In this document: positions 1 through 4,828 of the stretch, piece by piece
Layout: every line of letters begins with the position of its first letter
How positions within the stretch are numbered: the stretch's first letter is position 1
IMG/VR virus record: IMGVR_UViG_2526164661_000010
Span: 1 to 4,828 of that record
Direction: 5' to 3' (one strand)
Origin: a virus
Taxonomy: Duplodnaviria; Heunggongvirae; Uroviricota; Caudoviricetes
Length of the DNA stretch: 4,828 nt
Made by a program: the position numbers and the translations under genes
Notes under the pieces: model-generated
What the model was told of the DNA's origin: nothing
Databases searched by the model: none
Seen by the model: only the letters and a program-made list of their open reading frames with translations

Positions 1-1
1 T

Positions 2-1273
2 ACCCAAATCGCAAGCACGGCTTATGTGATGGCCGCGATTGCCGCCCTTGTAGATTCGTCACCTGATGCACTGAACACGCTGAACGAGCTGGCGGCGGCG
101 CTGGGAAACGACCCGAATTTTGCGACCACCATGACTAACGCGCTTGCGGGTAAGCAACCGAAAGATGCCACCCTGACGGCGCTGGCCGGGCTTGCTACTG
201 CGGCAGACAGGTTTCCGTATTTTACGGGGAATGATGTCGCCAGCCTGGCAACCCTGACAAAAGTCGGGCGGGATATTCTTGCGAAATCGACCGTTGCCGC
301 TGTTATCGAATACCTCGGTTTACAGGAAACGGTAAATCAGGCTTCTGGAGCATTACAGAAAAACCAGAACGGCGCAGATATTCCGGGAAAAGATACCTTC
401 ACCAAAAATATTGGGGCCTGCCGCGCATATGGCGCATGGCTGGATATTGGTGGCGATAATCAGGTCTGGACAACCGCGCAATTTATTTCGTGGCTGGAGA
501 GTCAGGGAGCATTTAACCATCCTTACTGGATGTGCAAAGGCTCATGGGCTTATGCAAATAATAAGGTCATTACAGATACAGGTTGCGGAGATATTTGTCT
601 TGCAGGTGCTGTGGTGGAAGTTATTGGCACTCGCGGCGCAATGACCATACGCGTTACCACGCCGAGTACGTCCAGCGGCGGCGGAATTACTAACGCTCAA
701 TTCACTTATATTAATCATGGTGATGCTTATGCTCCTGGCTGGCGACGGGACTACAACACGAAAAATCAACAACCTGCATTTGCTTTAGGGCAAACAGGAA
801 GCACTGTCGGAAATGATAAAGCTGTTGGCTGGAACTGGAATAGCGGGGTCTATAACGCAAGCATTGGTGGCGCAACAGCATTAATCCTCCACTTCAATAT
901 GAATACGGGGAGTTGCCCTGCCGTACAGTTCCGCGTGAATTACAGGAATGGCGGTATTTTTTATCGTTCAGCGCGTGATGGTTATGGATTTGAAGCTGAC
1001 TGGTCAGAGTTTTACACCACAACCCGCAAACCCTCTGCGGGGGATGTTGGTGCATATACTCAGGCAGAATGTAACTCAAGGTTTATTACAGGTATTCGCC
1101 TTGGCGGTCTGTCATCTGTTCAGACATGGAATGGTCCCGGCTGGTCTGACAGGTCAGGTTATGTCGTTACGGGTTCAGTTAACGGAAACCGTGATGCATT
1201 AATTGATACAACTCAGGCAAGGCCAATTCAGTATTGCATTAATGGAACGTGGTATAACGCGGGGAGTATTTAA
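2..1273 (+). CDS. Phage tail fibre protein, 5'-truncated at window edge: conserved shaft segment fused to variable C-terminal tip (Sv, currently in the expressed orientation)
   Basis: Reading frame is open from nt 2 with no stop before the TAA at 1271-1273, so the GTG/ATG at 26 in the ORF track is internal. Translation contains the segment [63 protein letters not shown], which I recognise as the conserved region of Mu S / P1 S / P2 H-type fibres. The 26-bp crossover site sits in-frame at 303-328. Confidence 0.9.
   Translation, partial: TQIASTAYVMAAIAALVDSSPDALNTLNELAAALGNDPNFATTMTNALAGKQPKDATLTALAGLATAADRFPYFTGNDVASLATLTKVGRDILAKSTVAAVIEYLGLQETVNQASGALQKNQNGADIPGKDTFTKNIGACRAYGAWLDIGGDNQVWTTAQFISWLESQGAFNHPYWMCKGSWAYANNKVITDTGCGDICLAGAVVEVIGTRGAMTIRVTTPSTSSGGGITNAQFTYINHGDAYAPGWRRDYNTKNQQPAFALGQTGSTVGNDKAVGWNWNSGVYNASIGGATALILHFNMNTGSCPAVQFRVNYRNGGIFYRSARDGYGFEADWSEFYTTTRKPSAGDVGAYTQAECNSRFITGIRLGGLSSVQTWNGPGWSDRSGYVVTGSVNGNRDALIDTTQARPIQYCINGTWYNAGSI
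303..328 (+). repeat. Invertase crossover site, left (gix/cix/pix-like, 26 bp): ttatcgaatacctcggtttacaggaa
   Basis: Two mismatches to the Mu gix sequence TTATCCAAAACCTCGGTTTACAGGAA as I recall it. It is present as an inverted copy at 3537-3562 and lies inside the fibre ORF at the constant/variable junction. Confidence 0.85.
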
Positions 1274-1275
1274 TC

Positions 1276-1809
1276 ATGATGCACTTAAAAAACATTACTG
1301 CTGGCAACCCTAAAACAAAAGAGCAATACCAGCTAACGAAACAATTTAACATCAGATGGCTTTATACAGAGGATGGGAAAAACTGGTATGAGGAACAAAA
1401 GAACTTTCAGCCTGATACGTTGAAAATGGTCTATGACCATAACGGCGTTATTATTTGTATTGAAAAGGATGTTTCGGCAATTAATCCGGAAGGCGCAAGC
1501 GTCGTTGAATTACCTGATATTACAGCAAATCGCCGTGCTGACATTTCGGGTAAATGGATGTTCAAAGATGGCGTAGTGGTAAAGCGAACTTATACCGGGG
1601 AAGAGCAGAGGCAGCAGGCGGAAAATGAAAAGCAAAGCCTGTTGCAACTTGCCAGAGATAAAACCCAGTTATGGGACTCACAGCTACGGCTGGGCATCAT
1701 TTCCGACGAGAATAAACAAAAATTAACCGAGTGGATGCTCTATGCGCAGAAAGTCGAATCCACAGACACCTCCAGCCTGCCAGTAACATTTCCCGAACAA
1801 CCTGAATGA
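1276..1809 (+). CDS. tfa: Tail fibre assembly protein (Tfa chaperone) paired with the expressed fibre tip
   Basis: ATG at 1276 sits 2 nt after the fibre stop, with GGGGAG at 1261-1266 as RBS. The 177-aa product begins [18 protein letters not shown] and contains [12 protein letters not shown], typical of e14 TfaE / Mu U-like assembly proteins. Stop TGA at 1807-1809. Confidence 0.9.
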   Translation: MMHLKNITAGNPKTKEQYQLTKQFNIRWLYTEDGKNWYEEQKNFQPDTLKMVYDHNGVIICIEKDVSAINPEGASVVELPDITANRRADISGKWMFKDGVVVKRTYTGEEQRQQAENEKQSLLQLARDKTQLWDSQLRLGIISDENKQKLTEWMLYAQKVESTDTSSLPVTFPEQPE

Positions 1810-1812
1810 GAC

Positions 1813-1839
1813 AAGGCCCGATAGCGGGCCTTAATTTTT
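1813..1839 (+). terminator. Hairpin terminator between the convergent tfa genes
   Basis: Stem aaggcccg (1813-1820), loop atag, stem cgggcctt (1825-1832), followed by aattttt. It is flanked by the inverted final codons of the two tfa genes (cctgaat at 1801-1807 and attcagg at 1841-1847). Confidence 0.6.
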
Positions 1840-2365
1840 ATTCAGGCTTTTGTGGCCATTCAGGATTTGCCGTATCCACACGGCTTACCATAACACTGTA
1901 GCGTTCCCATGACTCCAGTCGTGCGCGTTCCTCATCCGTCGCCATATTCAGCCTGACGGCGCGTTCCAGTGGCTGAATAACGCTTTCCGCTTCGGAAAGT
2001 AACGTGGCCTTTTGTGATTCGGCCTGTTGTTGCTGTTCGTCTGCCGTATAAATCCGTTTAACCACAGCTCCATCCTTAAACATCCACTTCCCTGAATCAT
2101 CGGCCCGACGATTGGCTGTTATATCGGGGACTTCAACAACGCTAAAGCCTTCAGGATTAAGTGTGGAGGCATCTTTAGTGATGGCTACAATAATATTATT
2201 TTCATCGTAAACAATCTTTATTGTGTCTGGCTGAAAATTCTTTACCTCTTCATACCAGTTCTTCCCGTCTTCAGAGTAAAGCCAGATAACTCCGTGCTTC
2301 TTTGTTAACTCATACTGCTCCGGTGTTTTAGCATTACCAGCTTTTATGTTCTTTAAGTGCATCAC
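1838..2365 (-). CDS. tfa: Tail fibre assembly protein, alternative copy (tfa') paired with the silent fibre tip
   Basis: The 175-aa product begins [47 protein letters not shown], resembling e14 TfaE as I recall it. The N-terminal two thirds are similar to the + strand Tfa and the C-terminus is divergent. Start is GTG at 2365 or ATG at 2362. Confidence 0.9.
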   Translation of the reverse strand: MMHLKNIKAGNAKTPEQYELTKKHGVIWLYSEDGKNWYEEVKNFQPDTIKIVYDENNIIVAITKDASTLNPEGFSVVEVPDITANRRADDSGKWMFKDGAVVKRIYTADEQQQQAESQKATLLSEAESVIQPLERAVRLNMATDEERARLESWERYSVMVSRVDTANPEWPQKPE

Positions 2366-2366
2366 A

Positions 2367-3536
2367 TTAAACGCTCGCTACATTATACCAGGTGCCATTT
2401 ATATACTTTTGAACAGGTCTGTAATAAACGCCAGCTATATTATCGGCAGAGTGGGACCCTGTATCCTGAACATTTATACCAGACAGTACATGACCTGAAG
2501 GGCACTGGAAATTCCATGTTTGCCAGTTGTTCACTCCATAATATTGCTGTGAACCAAGTCTGATATCTCTCACATAGCGGGAATCAATGTTACCCCAGTT
2601 GCTTGGTTGTATCTGACCGTTTACAGCAAATATCACTGAGTTATCTGTATTTCGCTGACTATAGAAATGCCAGCCTGAATCATCACCAAGCTCTGCAACA
2701 GTTGGTCTTGACGAATTTCCCCACAAGTTAAATGATGCATTACGGGCAGAGTTATTTGCACTTGCAAGAGTGAATAGCTTACTTTCCCCAGCCTGAATAC
2801 CCTTTAATGATATTGCTGAACCATTTCTAAAGCGGAATACATGCACACCATTAGCATAAGCATCCAGCACCCCATCACCATTTTGTTTAAACCCGGTATC
2901 GTTATCTCCTAAAACAATCGAGTTACCGCCAAGAGCACTGGATGTTCCGATGCCCAGTGCACCATTCAATTGACCGCCAGATAATGACAACGCCCCAACC
3001 TCAGCAGCAGTCGGTTTAATGTGCGAACTGTAAATTACATATACAGTTCCATCTGTCAGACCTGTTGGTTTATTCGCTGTATAAGATGGTGATGTATGAA
3101 TCGTTACGCTGGCGTTACTGGTATAATCCCACTGAATATTAACACCTGTGGCGTAATTACCTATTTCAACATAAACATCATAGGTATTACCGGATGTATT
3201 CACCCATGCAAAATTAGTAAATCCAACCGATGTCCGTCGCCATAATGCACCAGTAATACCTTTTGGATTCCCATTTCCGGCACGCAGAACCAGCTCAGAG
3301 ATGCCTGCTTGATGCGAGGAGCCAACGTTATACCCTGCACCACCAATCAGGCTTATGTAAACCACGGAACTGGCCTGTGGCATGGTTACAGTTGCCAGTT
3401 TGAACCATCCAGCACCACCACTAAAAGACATGGTTGTTGAATTTGTTGTGCCGATATTACGCAGGAATAGTTTTTTATCGGGAATATCTGCGCCGTTCTG
3501 GTTTTTCTGTAATGCACCAGAAGCCTGATTTACCGT
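2367..3536 (-). CDS. Alternative tail fibre C-terminal variable segment (Sv'), start-less; expressed only after inversion fuses it to the constant fibre region
   Basis: The minus-strand frame is open from the right crossover site through to TAA (reverse complement of 2367-2369). Reading from the site it translates [20 protein letters not shown], identical to the + strand fibre after the left site, then diverges. The ATG at 3431 given by the ORF track is an internal Met, not a true start. Confidence 0.8.
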   Translation of the reverse strand, partial: TVNQASGALQKNQNGADIPDKKLFLRNIGTTNSTTMSFSGGAGWFKLATVTMPQASSVVYISLIGGAGYNVGSSHQAGISELVLRAGNGNPKGITGALWRRTSVGFTNFAWVNTSGNTYDVYVEIGNYATGVNIQWDYTSNASVTIHTSPSYTANKPTGLTDGTVYVIYSSHIKPTAAEVGALSLSGGQLNGALGIGTSSALGGNSIVLGDNDTGFKQNGDGVLDAYANGVHVFRFRNGSAISLKGIQAGESKLFTLASANNSARNASFNLWGNSSRPTVAELGDDSGWHFYSQRNTDNSVIFAVNGQIQPSNWGNIDSRYVRDIRLGSQQYYGVNNWQTWNFQCPSGHVLSGINVQDTGSHSADNIAGVYYRPVQKYINGTWYNVASV

Positions 3537-3562
3537 TTCCTGTAAACCGAGGTTTTAGATAA
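3537..3562 (-). repeat. Invertase crossover site, right (inverted copy): reverse complement ttatctaaaacctcggtttacaggaa
   Basis: One mismatch to the Mu gix sequence as I recall it and 24 of 26 identical to the left site, in inverted orientation, 55 nt upstream of the invertase start. Confidence 0.85.
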
Positions 3563-3616
3563 TGGCCGTTTCTGGCCTGCATGGCATGATTTGCGCTTTT
3601 GGACGGGAGATTCAGT

Positions 3617-4207
3617 GTGCTGATTGGCTATGTAAGGGTATCAACAAATGACCAGAATACAGACCTGCAACGAAACGCTCTTGTTTGTGCAGGATGTGAA
3701 CAAATATTTGAAGATAAATTAAGCGGGACAAAGACTGACCGACCGGGATTAAAACGCGCTTTAAAGCGCCTTCAACAAGGTGACACGCTGGTTGTCTGGA
3801 AACTGGATCGCCTCGGGCGAAGCATGAAACATCTGATTTCTCTCGTCGGGGAACTACGGGAGCGAGGGATTAATTTTCGTAGTCTGACCGACAGCATAGA
3901 TACATCTTCTCCAATGGGGCGTTTTTTCTTCCACGTGATGGGTGCCCTGGCTGAAATGGAACGTGAATTAATTGTTGAACGTACACTGGCCGGACTGGCG
4001 GCAGCGCGCGCACGGGGGCGCACAGGCGGACGTCGACCGAAGCTGACAAAAGAACAGCATGAGCAAATAGCAAGGCTGATTAAAAACGGTCACGACAGAA
4101 AACAACTGGCAATAATTTACAGCATTGGTATATCGACAATTTATCGTTACCACCCCGCAGGAGAATCAAGTGGAACAATTGAGAAGAGTAAACAAAATAA
4201 CCGCTAA
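3617..4207 (+). CDS. pin: Site-specific DNA invertase, serine recombinase of the Gin/Pin/Cin/Hin family
   Basis: From the GTG at 3617 the translation reads (V)LIGYVRVSTNDQNTDLQRNALVCAGCEQIFEDKLSGTKTDRPGLKRALKRLQQGDTLVVWKLDRLGRSMKHLISLVGELRERGINFRSLTDSIDTSSPMGRFFFHVMGALAEMERELIVERT..., near-identical over the catalytic domain to Gin/Pin as I recall them. Catalytic Ser codon at 3641-3643, C-terminal HTH, RBS GGGAGA at 3605-3610. The TTG at 3599 in the ORF track is probably not the real start. The symbol is a family-level guess; gin/cin/pin naming depends on the host element. Confidence 0.9.
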   Translation: MLIGYVRVSTNDQNTDLQRNALVCAGCEQIFEDKLSGTKTDRPGLKRALKRLQQGDTLVVWKLDRLGRSMKHLISLVGELRERGINFRSLTDSIDTSSPMGRFFFHVMGALAEMERELIVERTLAGLAAARARGRTGGRRPKLTKEQHEQIARLIKNGHDRKQLAIIYSIGISTIYRYHPAGESSGTIEKSKQNNR

Positions 4208-4227
4208 TCTGGCCATTAGCGGTTTTT
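4199..4227. terminator. Bidirectional rho-independent terminator between the convergent invertase and tail genes
   Basis: Stem ccgctaat (4201-4208), loop ctggcc, stem attagcgg (4215-4222), then TTTTT (4223-4227) on the + strand. The reverse complement is followed by TTATTTTGTT on the minus strand. The stem overlaps the invertase stop codon. Confidence 0.7.
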
Positions 4228-4235
4228 GTGTTAAA

Positions 4236-4724
4236 TCAGAACAGCCCTTTAACGGAGCTGGCCGCGCTGTTAAGGGATGATGTGACCTTATCTTTGAAGC
4301 CGGACAGCATATCGCTGAACGATGAGGATTGCAGGCGCTCCCGCAAATCCTCATCACAGCGTTCAAGGGTCAGTGAAAATTCTATTTTTTTCGCCTTACC
4401 GTAGCGATCAAATTCAGAGCGGGTCGTATTCGTTCCGGTCAGGACATACATGCCGTAAATCTGCCCGACACCATCAATCAGAGGCCAGGGGCGTCCTGTA
4501 TATGCCTGCGTGGTCAGCAGCGACAGCGACACTTCGCCACCTGTAATTTCAGGATAAAGCACACCGGAAAGCACGATGCGATCATCACCTGCACCGATAT
4601 ACTGCCAGCTTGCTGAACGGTTAACGCGTTCATTTTTCACATGCCGCCAGCTTTTGTTTTGCTGTAACTGCTGATGCGGCAGCGTGCGCAGCTCAAAAAC
4701 AAACATGCCGTAGATCATCATCAT
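4236..4724 (-). CDS. Phage tail protein, P2 gpU-like
   Basis: About 162 aa, MMMIYGMFVFELRTLPHQ...SGVLYPEITGG...GRPWPLIDGVGQIYGMYV..., which matches my recollection of the P2 gpU family (size, MMM start, LYPE.TGG and WPL.DG..IYGMYV motifs). RBS GAGGAG lies 8 nt upstream of the ATG at 4724; the ORF track starts at the in-frame ATG at 4730, only 2 nt from the RBS. Product assignment is from memory, not a search. Confidence 0.7.
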   Translation of the reverse strand: MMMIYGMFVFELRTLPHQQLQQNKSWRHVKNERVNRSASWQYIGAGDDRIVLSGVLYPEITGGEVSLSLLTTQAYTGRPWPLIDGVGQIYGMYVLTGTNTTRSEFDRYGKAKKIEFSLTLERCDEDLRERLQSSSFSDMLSGFKDKVTSSLNSAASSVKGLF

Positions 4725-4736
4725 GACCATGACTCC

Positions 4737-4828
4737 TCAATCTTTATCGTAAAAACTGCCACGTCCGGCACGGGCGCGCCGTTCCATTTCTGCCCTGACC
4801 ATTTCACCGACCAGTTTCGCCAGTTCGC
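4737..4828 (-). CDS. 3' end of the upstream tail gene, partial; possibly tape measure (P2 gpT-like by position)
   Basis: The minus-strand frame is open from the window edge to TGA (reverse complement of 4737-4739), translating ...ELAKLVGEMVRAEMERRARAGRGSFYDKD*. The stop overlaps the RBS of the gpU-like gene (TGAGGAG), suggesting translational coupling. Identity is inferred from gene order only. Confidence 0.4.
   Translation of the reverse strand, partial: ELAKLVGEMVRAEMERRARAGRGSFYDKD

Larger units (their letters stand above)
329..3536. other. Invertible DNA segment (about 3.2 kb) carrying two alternative fibre-tip plus Tfa cassettes in opposite orientation
   Basis: Bounded by inverted 26-bp crossover sites. 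Contents are arranged Sv(+), tfa(+), tfa'(-), Sv'(-), the architecture of the Mu G and P1 C segments. A serine invertase gene lies immediately outside. Confidence 0.85.

Noticed and set aside
411-1202. Small ORFs from the track at 411..644 (+), 542..772 (-), 894..1079 (-) and 948..1202 (+)
   Set aside because: All lie inside, and out of frame with or antisense to, the long tail-fibre ORF. None has a recognisable RBS or product, so they are treated as spurious.
2357-2563. 68-aa + strand ORF
   Set aside because: Antisense to the alternative fibre tip and tfa' start region, with no supporting signals.
3599-3616. TTG start for the invertase given by the ORF track
   Set aside because: The family N-terminus (LIGYVRVST) starts at the GTG at 3617, which has a well-spaced RBS. 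The extra MDGRFS residues are not a feature of Gin/Pin/Cin/Hin proteins as I know them.
3772-4153. Three minus-strand ORFs (3772..4023, 3870..4073, 3968..4153)
   Set aside because: Antisense to the well-supported invertase gene; Arg/Ser-rich low-complexity translations typical of antisense frames of GC-rich coding DNA.
3617-4207. Serine recombinase as a transposon resolvase or IS-associated recombinase
   Set aside because: The protein is small (about 197 aa) with an invertase-type N-terminus, sits beside inverted gix-like sites bracketing fibre genes, and no transposase or terminal inverted repeats of a Tn3-like element are present.
4166-4546. ORFs 4166..4366 (-) and 4322..4546 (+)
   Set aside because: They overlap the terminator and the gpU-like gene in alternative frames or antisense, and their products are not recognisable.
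1-4828. Diversity-generating retroelement as the source of fibre variability
   Set aside because: There is no reverse transcriptase ORF and no template/variable repeat pair. Variation here is explained by invertase-mediated segment inversion.
1-4828. CRISPR arrays, tRNA or rRNA genes
   Set aside because: No short direct-repeat/spacer periodicity and no tRNA- or rRNA-like sequence was seen; the window is almost entirely protein-coding.

Overview
The window is a phage/prophage tail module built around a complete programmed DNA-inversion switch of the Mu G-segment / P1 C-segment / e14 P-region type. A 5'-truncated tail-fibre gene (+) runs through a 26-bp crossover site (303-328) into one variable C-terminal tip, followed by its tail-fibre assembly (Tfa) chaperone gene. 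The alternative Tfa gene and the alternative, start-less fibre tip lie inverted on the minus strand and end at the second crossover site (3537-3562, inverted). Immediately outside the segment is a Gin/Pin/Cin/Hin-family serine DNA invertase gene (+, likely GTG start at 3617). Downstream, across a bidirectional hairpin terminator, two minus-strand genes converge on the invertase: a P2 gpU-like tail protein and the 3' end of an upstream tail gene, possibly the tape measure. Every stretch of the window is accounted for by these modules. I see no evidence of an undescribed system; the inversion switch is a well-known class, and the most plausible novelty lies in the specificity of the two fibre tips and in the mosaic junction with P2-like tail genes. 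All homology statements are from reading the translations and from memory of these families, not from a database search.
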